A stretch of DNA of 64,000 nt from a virus. Lineage: Duplodnaviria; Heunggongvirae; Uroviricota; Caudoviricetes. The stretch is taken from IMG/VR virus record IMGVR_UViG_3300009008_000002. The stretch is one strand, 5' to 3'. The notes beneath the pieces are model-generated. The model was not told the origin of the DNA, ran no database searches, and saw only the letters and a list, made by a program, of their open reading frames with translations. A program made the position numbers and the translations under genes. Below are positions 19,559 to 28,624 of the stretch, piece after piece. Each line of letters begins with the position of its first letter. The first letter of the stretch is position 1.

Positions 19559-19981
19559 TCAACTGTCGTCAAATCCGCTACATCGGGGGAGTTTATAGAA
19601 AATTCGCTCTTTTCTATCTTTACAAGTTTGTTGGAGATCCAAGGCATCCTGCTTAGAGACGAGTTCCCATTCATTCCAGTAGCCATTCTCTGTATCCACA
19701 TATAGTGCGGCATACGCTTGAATAACACCATCTGGGGGTATCAGCCCTGTGTCTCCGAATGGTCGAACTTCTTTGATCACAACCTTTCTCAGACTGCAAT
19801 ATCGAAGCGCATCGGGTTTTGAGTATAGAATATCGCCAACTACAAAAACAGTGGGGCCATTGTCAATATGCTCAACAATTGCACAGCCCAACCCCATACC
19901 GCCGCCGAAGATTGGCCCGGCATTATCCGCTACGCCACCCACAGTGACGCCACCAGATCCTACTTCGGTATATTCTGCCAT
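19559..19981 (-). CDS. hypothetical protein (140 aa), Gly-rich N-terminus
   Basis: ORF; no ClpP-like motifs. Confidence 0.4.
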   Translation of the reverse strand: MAEYTEVGSGGVTVGGVADNAGPIFGGGMGLGCAIVEHIDNGPTVFVVGDILYSKPDALRYCSLRKVVIKEVRPFGDTGLIPPDGVIQAYAALYVDTENGYWNEWELVSKQDALDLQQTCKDRKERIFYKLPRCSGFDDS

Positions 19982-20388
19982 TATGTCTCAGAATTCAATG
20001 TAAATTTCGGTGTAATCTTAAAAACGTCATTTAAACTTAACGGTCTGGCTGTATCAAACTTCTCTGCCCACAAACAAACCGATCCGGCTGCATTTTCTAC
20101 AAAATAACCATAAATGGTATCACCTGTAGAACCGCATGTCCATGCAAGTTCCGAATTTGATGATTCGGCCTTATTGCTTGGATTAGTTGTTGCCGCAGAC
20201 CAGTTGCCAGCAGTCATTGTTTGAGAACTGTAACCAGTGAATGTAGTTTCTGTGAAATCAGCAAGAACACTGCTATTAGTTGGGGTGAGATTGTTTCTAT
20301 ACAGTTTTAAAACGTAATTTTCTCCCGCCCCAGACAGCATTTTGTCCAAAACTATTCTCTCGCCCAAATCAGGTGTAACTAAAGCCAT
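19981..20388 (-). CDS. hypothetical protein, tandem paralog 1 (KLYRNxLTP family)
   Basis: Clear paralogy to 20421..20837 (…KLYRNNLTP…DF.E..FTGYS…GSTG.T.YGY…WAEKF…KITP.F). Confidence 0.45.
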   Translation of the reverse strand: MALVTPDLGERIVLDKMLSGAGENYVLKLYRNNLTPTNSSVLADFTETTFTGYSSQTMTAGNWSAATTNPSNKAESSNSELAWTCGSTGDTIYGYFVENAAGSVCLWAEKFDTARPLSLNDVFKITPKFTLNSET

Positions 20389-20420
20389 TTTTTCCTCCTA
20401 AGTCCCATTCTATATATAAA

Positions 20421-20837
20421 TTATGAACAGGTTATTTGTGTTCTGAAATTAAATATGGGGGTAATCTTCAATTCATCACCCGGATCTAAAATACGGGCAC
20501 GAGCAAACTTTTCTGCCCATTGAAGTTTGCCAGTTACCTTACCTGTAACATAATATCCATAGACGGTATTGCCGGTAGAACCCACTGACCACGACTGCTC
20601 CTCTGAATAGGTTGCACGAGCTTCCCCATTTATCGTAACGGGAGTCTGCCACTTGGTTCGTTCTATCAATTGGGCTGAATAATTAGTAAAATTAGCCTCC
20701 TGAAAGTCACCAGAAACCGAAGCAGCTTGAGGGGTTAAATCATTCCTATACAGTTTTAAATTAAGATCCTCATCACTTTCTATGAGCATCTTCTCAAGCA
20801 GCGATATTTCGCCTACATTTGGTATATAAATTGGCAT
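20421..20837 (-). CDS. hypothetical protein, tandem paralog 2 (KLYRNxLTP family)
   Basis: Paralogous to 19981..20388. Confidence 0.45.
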   Translation of the reverse strand: MPIYIPNVGEISLLEKMLIESDEDLNLKLYRNDLTPQAASVSGDFQEANFTNYSAQLIERTKWQTPVTINGEARATYSEEQSWSVGSTGNTVYGYYVTGKVTGKLQWAEKFARARILDPGDELKITPIFNFRTQITCS

Positions 20838-20909
20838 AAAAAGTCACCTATTCTAAGAAACATGTTGCCTTACGACTTATTTATATAGATTAGGAGAGGT
20901 AGTAAATCT

Positions 20910-21365
20910 ATGACTAAGAAAATAAAGTTCTATTTGAAGAAAAACCAAATGCAACACTGGAAGAAACATATGAGTTTGTTTGCCAAAATGCCCCTGATAT
21001 TGGGGACCACTGCCCTACTTTGGCAAAATACGCTCGAAAATGCGACCATGTGACAGAAATGGGCACTCGATGGGGAGCATCCACAGTTGCTTTTTTGTAT
21101 GGTCAACCAAAAAGATTGATTTGCTATGATCACAAAAAGAAGGAACATCCAAGACCCAAGTAGCACATTTGTGGGCCTGAAGAAATTAACAAAAAGAGGC
21201 GCAAAAATGTTAATTTCGGTTCCATATAGAGATCACTATACACACCCCACCCATGTTCATTATTGGTATAGTGACAAAGAATTAAAAGACTACCTAAGCC
21301 AGTTTGTTGAAGTATTAGACGTAAAAGTAAGACGACCAGTATTGAGGGCTGTATGCAAACTATAA
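20910..21365 (+). pseudogene. frameshifted class I SAM-methyltransferase (Methyltransf_24/TylF-like) remnant
   Basis: Three consecutive frames carry MTase pieces: EETYEFVCQNAPDIGDHCPTLAKYARKCDHVTEMGTRWGASTVAFLYGQPKRLICYDH (motif I/post-I), then FVGLKKLTKRGAKMLISVPYRDH. Frame breaks sit at A-tracts (GAAGAAAAACC; CACAAAAAGAAGG). Confidence 0.5.
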
Positions 21366-21973
21366 AAATATTTGGACTCCCCCGGAGTTGCACGAATGTT
21401 ACAGAAGTTATTATAAAGCATAACTTCAAAGTTAGAATTTTAACTAATTATCCAGATTGGAAACACGGACCCAATACACACAAGGGTCGATCAGTCCATG
21501 ATGACCAAAGAAGCATTCATACAGACGACCTGAAATTCGTAATTTGCACCAAGAATCCATATCACTGGCTGTGGTCGCTCCATACTTTTGAAAACCAATC
21601 CAAGAGACAACACAAGACAGAAATCGAGTTTTTAAAAGGAACCGCATGGCATTACGAAAAAAACCCTATCACTATGCATAATGAATTAATCACCCATTGG
21701 CTCACAATGTATGATGATCCCTCAATATTACAACAAGCAAAACACGAAGACATCCTGAAGAATCAAAAAGCTCTACTTAAAAGATTAGAGAAAGCCTTCG
21801 GATTGGAGAGAAGACGCCACGAATTAGAACCAATTAAAAAACGAATCAACCCCGGTGCTAAAATCACCGATAGTCAATTCGACAAAAAACAAATGGGGTT
21901 TAATTCGCCATCTGTTAATTACATAAAACGAAACCTAGATAAAAAAGCACTGAAATTATCAGGATACCTATGA
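21353..21973 (+). CDS. sulfotransferase-like protein
   Basis: PAPS 5'-phosphosulfate-binding-like P-loop IFGLPRSCTN near the N-terminus. Confidence 0.55.
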   Translation: MQTIKIFGLPRSCTNVTEVIIKHNFKVRILTNYPDWKHGPNTHKGRSVHDDQRSIHTDDLKFVICTKNPYHWLWSLHTFENQSKRQHKTEIEFLKGTAWHYEKNPITMHNELITHWLTMYDDPSILQQAKHEDILKNQKALLKRLEKAFGLERRRHELEPIKKRINPGAKITDSQFDKKQMGFNSPSVNYIKRNLDKKALKLSGYL

Positions 21974-22581
21974 ATAAATTAAAACCCATTGCAGCTAGAA
22001 CAAAAGCTAGAAAATTAGATAATTACATTGATGAATATTGGCGACTTTTTGGTTCTATTCGACACGAAATTAAAAATGTATTAGAAATTGGTGTTGCACA
22101 AGGTTTTGCTCTCGCCATGTGGAAAGAATTTTTCCCTAATGCAATGTTTTATGGCTTGGACAAGAAGCCGCATCTCAAAGAAATGCATGAATGTGAACGT
22201 GTTGAAATGTTTACAGGAAGTCAAGGCGATCCAGCTATTTTAAATAAAATCAAAAAACTAGGCTGCATATTTGATATTATTTTTGATGATGGAAGCCACC
22301 AAGTAAAACACCAAATATTTACAGCAAATCAACTGTTTCCACTGGTTAAACCCGGTGGAGTCTATATTATTGAAGACCTCCACACCAGTTACATGCCTGG
22401 ATATGGTGGAAAAATGGGAACAACGACGTGTGTAGAATGGTTAAAGTCAATGCTCGATGAAGTCAACCACCAATGGCACATTCACGATCCTAATCGACCA
22501 CAAAAAAAAGAAAATCAATGGAATGAAAATTTGAGAGGAATGTATGTTTGTGATAGTTTAGTTTTTTTGTTTAAACAATAA
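21970..22581 (+). CDS. class I SAM-dependent methyltransferase (Methyltransf_24-like)
   Basis: Motif I VLEIGVAQGF, acidic post-I (GLD), IIFDDGSH, and the PGG motif region (VKPGGVYIIED); paralogous to 44704..45315. Confidence 0.65.
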   Translation: MNKLKPIAARTKARKLDNYIDEYWRLFGSIRHEIKNVLEIGVAQGFALAMWKEFFPNAMFYGLDKKPHLKEMHECERVEMFTGSQGDPAILNKIKKLGCIFDIIFDDGSHQVKHQIFTANQLFPLVKPGGVYIIEDLHTSYMPGYGGKMGTTTCVEWLKSMLDEVNHQWHIHDPNRPQKKENQWNENLRGMYVCDSLVFLFKQ

Positions 22582-22588
22582 ATAAAAT

Positions 22589-23215
22589 ATGCCACTTCTA
22601 CTCCCAAATAGTGCATTCATTCACGTTCCTAAAACAGGTGGAAACTTCTGTAGAACATGCATTAGAGAAATGGGGATTCCCCATCAAGAAACTGGTCCGA
22701 TGGCGAGACACCGGCATGGAGACGTGGAATACATCAAAATCAAGTGTTTTACTTTTGGCTTTGTAAGAGACCCATTAAGCTGGCTTCGCAGCAGATGGTC
22801 TTACGCTTGCAAAACAGGCGCACTTGATAGGTGGGTAGAACTACGAAAAGAAAACCCAAAAAAACACGGATTTTTAATTGATTGTTTTAGCCGTGATTGG
22901 GATTTCTATATTAATAAAGTTGCAGAAAAATACGCTGGAATGCCATCTAATGATATGCTAAGAAGATTGGGATATGATTATGATGGAAATTGGTTCCCAA
23001 AAATTCCCATAAATTTCATAGGTCGCACAGAATCTCTCCGAACCGACTTAATAAAAGCACTCAGTCTAGCGGGAGAGAAATTCGATAAGAAATTTATCTT
23101 GAACCGTCCCAAAAGAAACACAAGCGATCAATCTAAAGAAGGTAAATTCCCGCCCCAAATTAGAAATAAGATACTTGAGGCGAATAGCTTTTTGATGGAA
23201 GAATTCTACTCGTAG
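22589..23215 (+). CDS. sulfotransferase family protein
   Basis: FIHVPKTGGNF motif typical of the sulfotransferase-2-like PAPS binding loop. Confidence 0.55.
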   Translation: MPLLLPNSAFIHVPKTGGNFCRTCIREMGIPHQETGPMARHRHGDVEYIKIKCFTFGFVRDPLSWLRSRWSYACKTGALDRWVELRKENPKKHGFLIDCFSRDWDFYINKVAEKYAGMPSNDMLRRLGYDYDGNWFPKIPINFIGRTESLRTDLIKALSLAGEKFDKKFILNRPKRNTSDQSKEGKFPPQIRNKILEANSFLMEEFYS

Positions 23216-23451
23216 TCTTCATCCTGCACATCAAACGGTTCCAACTGAGCGTAGGGCACAGAATCTAAATCTGCACTAAAGCAAACTGGTTCCGGCAAGC
23301 CGTCATCGAACACGACATAGCCAACTGGACGTAAAGAATGGTCGGTGTAAAGCGATCTTTCCTCCCCATCCTTTGCAGCGTGAACACAACTTTCTGCCTC
23401 TGAAAAGAAATTGAATCGAGGCTGACCATCGAAAAGAACACGGACCAGCAT
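23206..23451 (-). CDS. hypothetical protein (81 aa)
   Basis: ORF. Confidence 0.25.
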   Translation of the reverse strand: MLVRVLFDGQPRFNFFSEAESCVHAAKDGEERSLYTDHSLRPVGYVVFDDGLPEPVCFSADLDSVPYAQLEPFDVQDEDYE

Positions 23452-23781
23452 CTATTTTCTCCTATATTCGGCTGGTATATCATCAATAGAATGGGGCATC
23501 GAATCTCTAAGCGTAAGGGCAATTGGGTCGCCCGCCGCTATAAGTGCCCCGATTAAATCGACCATCAACACCCTAGCTGACCCAATATTTAGGGCATGGT
23601 CGGTCATTGTTTGATTTGGGCCAGATTCCAGAGAAACAACTACGCTATTTACATCCCGGTCACAACCTTCCACCAAACTCAATGGCTCAGAATCCACCAT
23701 TACATTACCAGTGGGTAAAACGTTTTCGACCTTCCCTGGCTCTACACTAACCACCCGTGTAGTGATAGCCTTGTAACTCAT
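23452..23781 (-). CDS. hypothetical protein (109 aa)
   Basis: ORF. Confidence 0.35.
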   Translation of the reverse strand: MSYKAITTRVVSVEPGKVENVLPTGNVMVDSEPLSLVEGCDRDVNSVVVSLESGPNQTMTDHALNIGSARVLMVDLIGALIAAGDPIALTLRDSMPHSIDDIPAEYRRK

Positions 23782-23802
23782 TGTCTCTTCCTATTCCCTT
23801 TC

Positions 23803-24264
23803 CTATCTGTAAAAACGGCCCCTACGAGTTTGGTGAATGTGAACATGACCAGGACGGCCATAGCCATATCCCCATCCCCGTCTCATCCAGGCATTTGCGG
23901 ATTTTAGGACTTCCAATTCCTGTTTCTTAATATGCATAGTCATATCGAATTCACGCTTCAAGTGATCCCGATACGCCTGTGCCTTCATAAGATTCAACTT
24001 TGCCTGATTCATTACAGCCCCTTGCTGTATCTGAACCATGTTTGCCCGATATTGCTGTTCCTTCTCTTTCTTATCGAGAAACACCCGATAGATTATTCGC
24101 ACTTGACTGGGGGATTGACTCTTGAAATGTTCTTGAGCCTGTTGCATGGCTTGTGGGCCTGCTGCAACATAAATATGTGCCAACATTTCCTCAATCATTA
24201 CTTGATGATCAGGAACCGTTGTCGTTTGCCCCGGCAAGAGCATCATTAATACGAGTGCGTACAT
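23803..24264 (-). CDS. secreted hypothetical protein (signal peptide, GYGYGRPG C-terminus)
   Basis: N-terminal hydrophobic signal-like segment. Confidence 0.4.
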   Translation of the reverse strand: MYALVLMMLLPGQTTTVPDHQVMIEEMLAHIYVAAGPQAMQQAQEHFKSQSPSQVRIIYRVFLDKKEKEQQYRANMVQIQQGAVMNQAKLNLMKAQAYRDHLKREFDMTMHIKKQELEVLKSANAWMRRGWGYGYGRPGHVHIHQTRRGRFYR

Positions 24265-24598
24265 TTGAATCCTCTATTATTTCTCCGAACTTGTCGGCCA
24301 ATTCGTGATCGTGTTCAATGGCCCATTCGTATATACGTCCCAACGCATAATGCGTGTCGGTAATTATATACGTCTTGACAGAATTTCCCCAGAGTTTACA
24401 AAACTCATCCAAAATCTGCTTTAGGGACAACCCATGAACAAAGATCAACCTACGGAAAGCCGATGCCTTCTGTTGAATTGTCGTATCTGACCATTCAGAA
24501 CAAAAAGCATCGAACCACGTTCGCAAACTCATATCTCCACCAGCTAATGCCCCCAACATGGGGTCATCGTAAACAATCTGATGAAGTAAGTGTGCCAT
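24209..24598 (-). CDS. hypothetical protein (129 aa)
   Basis: ORF. Confidence 0.35.
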   Translation of the reverse strand: MAHLLHQIVYDDPMLGALAGGDMSLRTWFDAFCSEWSDTTIQQKASAFRRLIFVHGLSLKQILDEFCKLWGNSVKTYIITDTHYALGRIYEWAIEHDHELADKFGEIIEDSNVRTRINDALAGANDNGS

Positions 24599-24663
24599 GA
24601 CTCAAACACTCCAATTTTTACATAGAGAATACACTACCATCTTAACATAAACCAAGCCATTGT

Positions 24664-24704
24664 AAAGAAAAAGGCCCGCTATCCACCGGGATAGCGGGCC
24701 TTTT
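24664..24704 (-). terminator. rho-independent terminator (bidirectional-looking) downstream of 24727..25269
   Basis: Perfect 12-bp inverted repeat GGCCCGCTATCC-ACCG-GGATAGCGGGCC, flanked by A-run (T-run on minus strand) and TTTT. Confidence 0.75.
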
Positions 24705-24726
24705 GGCCACCCTGATCAGCCCATTG

Positions 24727-25269
24727 TTAGGCTGCGGCTACATGGTAACGCTTGTCGTCGTCCTTCGTCACCTTGCCATCGTTCATCAGGCTGTTGAGAT
24801 TCGTCCGAATGTTCTGGACAAAACCCTTACGATCCGAAGTCGAGCGATAGCCAGCTTCGTAGCACGCTTGAACGAGATCATCCAACTTGATTCCGTCGTT
24901 GTGCGTCCCAGCAATCGAGCAGATCAACTCTTTCAGGGAAACCCGATTGCGAAACCGCTTGCCCGATGCAGTCATTTCTTCCTGCGTCTGTTCGGGTGCG
25001 GGAGCTTGGGCTTCCGGCTGGGTTTCGGCTGCGGTCTCTTTGGGCTTGTTACGCGAACCCTTCGGACGACCGGGCTTTCGCTTCTTTCGGCGTTGGCCAT
25101 TGGTTTTCTGGGCAACAGTTGCCTTGGGCTTGGCAGGGGCAGGAGCGGGTGTCGTGCCCTTGGAACCTTGAGCGATCTGGTCGTCAACCGCATTTAATTG
25201 TTCGACCAACTCGGCTCGTTTTCCCCACAAACCCATCATCTCACGCGCTTGTTCTACAGCATTTCCCAT
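24727..25269 (-). CDS. lysine/proline-rich DNA-binding protein with AT-hook-like GRPKGS motif and C-terminal winged-helix-like (H1/Hc1-like) domain
   Basis: Basic low-complexity PAPAKPKA…RRKKRKPGRPKGSRNKPK followed by a ~70-aa globular domain. Confidence 0.5.
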   Translation of the reverse strand: MGNAVEQAREMMGLWGKRAELVEQLNAVDDQIAQGSKGTTPAPAPAKPKATVAQKTNGQRRKKRKPGRPKGSRNKPKETAAETQPEAQAPAPEQTQEEMTASGKRFRNRVSLKELICSIAGTHNDGIKLDDLVQACYEAGYRSTSDRKGFVQNIRTNLNSLMNDGKVTKDDDKRYHVAAA

Positions 25270-25493
25270 TACTCTTCTCCCTTGTCGGAGTCAACTAAAG
25301 CAAGTTTCAGCAGTTTGATTCTGCCGCCATTCAATTCTACTCAATTATACGGCGAAAGTCGTAATTGTATAGTCCCAAATTTGAAACAGAGCAGCAGAAT
25401 GCATTTTTTTTGAGATAGAAAGTTCCGAATAATCCCGAAAAAGGGCGCAAATTTACTTACTTAGGATAACCTAAGAACAGTAAAGGAATTGAA

Positions 25494-25685
25494 ATGTTAG
25501 TATTGTCAAGAAAGAAAGATGAAAGCATTCTATTGCAGATTGATGGACTTCCCGATATTAAAATCACAGTCGTTCGGGTAGACAACCTGAATAAAGTCCG
25601 GCTCGGAATCGAGGCTGAAAAAGAAGTAACGGTTCTCCGATCAGAACTGTTGGAAAAACAACCCCTTAAGGTCGCTGCACTCTGA
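25494..25685 (+). CDS. csrA: carbon storage regulator CsrA (RNA-binding translational regulator)
   Basis: MLVLSRKKDESILL…IKITVV…VRLGIEAEKEV.VLRSEL matches the CsrA/RsmA fold sequence nearly position by position; AAGGA RBS 8 nt upstream. Confidence 0.85.
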   Translation: MLVLSRKKDESILLQIDGLPDIKITVVRVDNLNKVRLGIEAEKEVTVLRSELLEKQPLKVAAL

Positions 25686-25757
25686 GGTTGTAAAGTTCCA
25701 AGTCCAATCTTATTGTAGCATATGCTACCATGCAGTCAAGTCTAGGTAAGGATTCGC

Positions 25758-26498
25758 CTAGCTAGGCGAATCCTCATTTAGATATTCCATGCGTTTGGTG
25801 TGTTCGTTGTAGGTCGCAATTAACTCGATTGATCTAATTGCACCAGCATCCCAAATGCATCCGGCTGCACAATCCCAGCCATAATACCACATTCCGCCAT
25901 TTAACCGCAGACTCCACAGGTAAGGGCTAATCTCAATCCCGCTCCAAATTTCCGATACATCGTGCCAATTAATGTAATTGGGCCGCATTTCACCGAATCC
26001 TTGGTCAAGAATTCCAAGTGATCTGGCCGCTTCGCTATCAGGAGCAACCCCCATTTTTTGGGCGTAATAATCTGCCGACTTCATGCCGAATTCATCCGAA
26101 AATTCAACAAATTCAGCATCATTCGTTATTTTACACACCTTTCCGTTGTAGAGTTGGACTTCATGGATTAAATGCGGACACCCGAAATCTTCGGACACAC
26201 ACCAATCAATCCACGATCCGCCGCACGAATACCACAACCCCAAAGGTTTTCCACAACCATCATGGGTCCAATCTTGTTCCCTGTCTGTAGGAACAATTAT
26301 GGTTTCCACGCTGGTAATTATTTTCCTATCTTCGCTCAAACCTTCCGAAAAATCACTGAGCGAAGCCTTGTAAGTGTCATCCCAAATAGGCGCACGTTCC
26401 TTGCGGTTCGCCTCAAATTTTTTCTCCCAGCGCTCTGCAAGTTCTTGTGGATTACACATTCCCGCTAACGCTTCTTCGTGGATTGCCTGATCGTCCAT
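25758..26498 (-). CDS. hypothetical protein (246 aa), Trp/Cys-rich
   Basis: ORF. Confidence 0.4.
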   Translation of the reverse strand: MDDQAIHEEALAGMCNPQELAERWEKKFEANRKERAPIWDDTYKASLSDFSEGLSEDRKIITSVETIIVPTDREQDWTHDGCGKPLGLWYSCGGSWIDWCVSEDFGCPHLIHEVQLYNGKVCKITNDAEFVEFSDEFGMKSADYYAQKMGVAPDSEAARSLGILDQGFGEMRPNYINWHDVSEIWSGIEISPYLWSLRLNGGMWYYGWDCAAGCIWDAGAIRSIELIATYNEHTKRMEYLNEDSPS

Positions 26499-26661
26499 TT
26501 TATTTAACCCGAAAAAGTTGGCTATCCCATCTGACTTCGCCCAAACCCCGATAACTCGTCAGCCATCTTCAAAGGGGGGCCGTTCTACCAGATTGCACAG
26601 GTAAGTTTATTCACAAAGGATCTGTGGAAGATACACCGCTCTATAGCACGATGCTTGCCAA

Positions 26662-28104
26662 CTAATCTTCACTTCTTGACCCATCACCGCACATTCGCAC
26701 GATTTTAGGATCGAATTGCGCCACGATTTCCACAAGGTCAGCCTGTTCCATCATAACATTGTGGATATTTTTATAAACCCCCGGCACTTCGTCTGCGCCA
26801 GCAGAAAGCACCCTAACCCCTTTACGGGCAAGGTCTTCTCGCACTGCCTTCCAATTGTATTTATCTTTCGCTTTTTTTCGGGACATAACCCGACCTGCGC
26901 CATGTGACGCAGAATACAGACTATCGGGATTACCCATACCACGAACGATAAACGCTGGCGTAGCCATAGAACCTGGGATTACACCCAACACACCTGGGCC
27001 AGCAGGAGTAGCACCTTTTCGGTGGACAATTACCTCTCCAACATCCAGAGAGTGCATTTCTTTCCACGCAAAGTTATGGTGATTCTCCACGTCCCAGAGG
27101 ACTTCGGCACCAGTTAATTTCGCAAGCTGCTTATGGATCACGTCATGGTTCGCAGCCGCAAATCTACCCATCAACTCCATCGCCAGCCAGTATTCCTGGC
27201 CTTCCTCAGAATCTAAGGACAACCAAGCCAGACGCCCCAAATCTTCTTTATATCGAGGGTCCAACTTCATTTGCGCAATGGCGCTGTATTGCTGGCAGAC
27301 AGTGCTTCCTGGCCCTCTTGAGCCAGAATGCGACATAACCGCTACATACTGCCCGGCAGGTAAAGTGAGGCTCTTTGGCACATGCGGATCACTAGCGGCA
27401 TGTGAATGATCATCAGGAATAGTAACAAGTCCAAATTCCACAAAATGATTCCCACTACCACTTGTCCCAAGCTGGAGGACCGCTTTATCTTTTTGGTCTT
27501 TCGTGACGCTGGTGACAGACCAATCATCATCAAGAACAGGATGATTTCGAGGCTGATCATATACAGCGCTACCTTTATTACCGATTCCAAAGCGAGTTCC
27601 TTTCTCCAAGGCTTCCTTGAACAAATTAAACTTGGAGTCCAGGTGGGTCACTGGCAAATCCAAGACCGACAATTTCATTCGACAGGCAATGTCAACACCT
27701 ACCGCGTAAGGACACACGGCATTTTTAAGAGCCAACACCCCGCCAATTGGCAGTCCGTAACCCAAGTGCGCATCCGGCATTAGCGCAGCACCAACCGCAT
27801 CTGGCAGACTACATGCCTGCTTCATTTGACCGTGGCAAGACTCTTCAATTTGGTCGCCTCCCCACGTTTTATAATCAATCGGCTCTGGGCGCACGAAATC
27901 ATTGTTCTCGATCACTGCCTTAGCGAAATCGCCCCAGTGTTCATGGTCAGCGTATTCACCCGGAAGTGCCAAAACGTTTTTTATCGTATTTTTCAGAACA
28001 TTGGTGCGCACATGTCCTTTGATACATGCAGACTGAATGCCCTGGATGCACGCTTTCAAGCAAATTTCCGGCACGCCTAGTTTTCGTAAAGCCTTGTTAT
28101 TCAC
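26662..28104 (-). CDS. rtcB: RNA-splicing ligase RtcB (3'-phosphate/5'-hydroxyl RNA ligase)
   Basis: MPDAHLGYGLPIGGV, GSGNHFVEF, HSGSRG, HNFA motifs of the RtcB family; 480 aa. Confidence 0.9.
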   Translation of the reverse strand: MNNKALRKLGVPEICLKACIQGIQSACIKGHVRTNVLKNTIKNVLALPGEYADHEHWGDFAKAVIENNDFVRPEPIDYKTWGGDQIEESCHGQMKQACSLPDAVGAALMPDAHLGYGLPIGGVLALKNAVCPYAVGVDIACRMKLSVLDLPVTHLDSKFNLFKEALEKGTRFGIGNKGSAVYDQPRNHPVLDDDWSVTSVTKDQKDKAVLQLGTSGSGNHFVEFGLVTIPDDHSHAASDPHVPKSLTLPAGQYVAVMSHSGSRGPGSTVCQQYSAIAQMKLDPRYKEDLGRLAWLSLDSEEGQEYWLAMELMGRFAAANHDVIHKQLAKLTGAEVLWDVENHHNFAWKEMHSLDVGEVIVHRKGATPAGPGVLGVIPGSMATPAFIVRGMGNPDSLYSASHGAGRVMSRKKAKDKYNWKAVREDLARKGVRVLSAGADEVPGVYKNIHNVMMEQADLVEIVAQFDPKIVRMCGDGSRSED

Positions 28105-28108
28105 GATC

Positions 28109-28624
28109 TTACCTTTGAATTAAACTGGATGGTTTCGTTTTCACTTTCTCAACGAAACTCTCCAATTTTTGTCGGTCATACTCCAAAGCATCTACTGCTT
28201 GTTGAGGGGTCATAGCCTTCCAAGCTCGGTAGCTGCCATAATTGGTTTTGAGAGAGGAGTTACACTCCATCCAACCACTATCTGTAAACTGGGTCTGCCA
28301 AAACCGGGCAATAAGAGTATCCATATCCGTTGCAGCCCGCTTATAGTGGCCTCCACTATACCCCAAACAGACTGCTGCGTATCGACCAATGACATTGGGA
28401 ACGGATGGCCAGTAGACAAACTCATCGTCTTCTTTAGCAAAGGCTAAGAAGAGATAAGAGTGTTTCTGGTATTTCCTATGGCCAAAGACCAAATATGGAA
28501 AAGGCAAAAAATAAATATTGCTATGGTGCGAAATACACCTCTTCTGAGGGGGATATTTCCTTACCTCATACCCTCTCCCCTTCGCCAACACTTTGTACTG
28601 GGTCGCCATACCCGAAATCCTCAA
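28109..28624 (-). CDS. hypothetical protein (171 aa) sandwiched between rtcB and the kinase-SLOG gene
   Basis: ORF; operon position only. Confidence 0.4.
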   Translation of the reverse strand: MRISGMATQYKVLAKGRGYEVRKYPPQKRCISHHSNIYFLPFPYLVFGHRKYQKHSYLFLAFAKEDDEFVYWPSVPNVIGRYAAVCLGYSGGHYKRAATDMDTLIARFWQTQFTDSGWMECNSSLKTNYGSYRAWKAMTPQQAVDALEYDRQKLESFVEKVKTKPSSLIQR

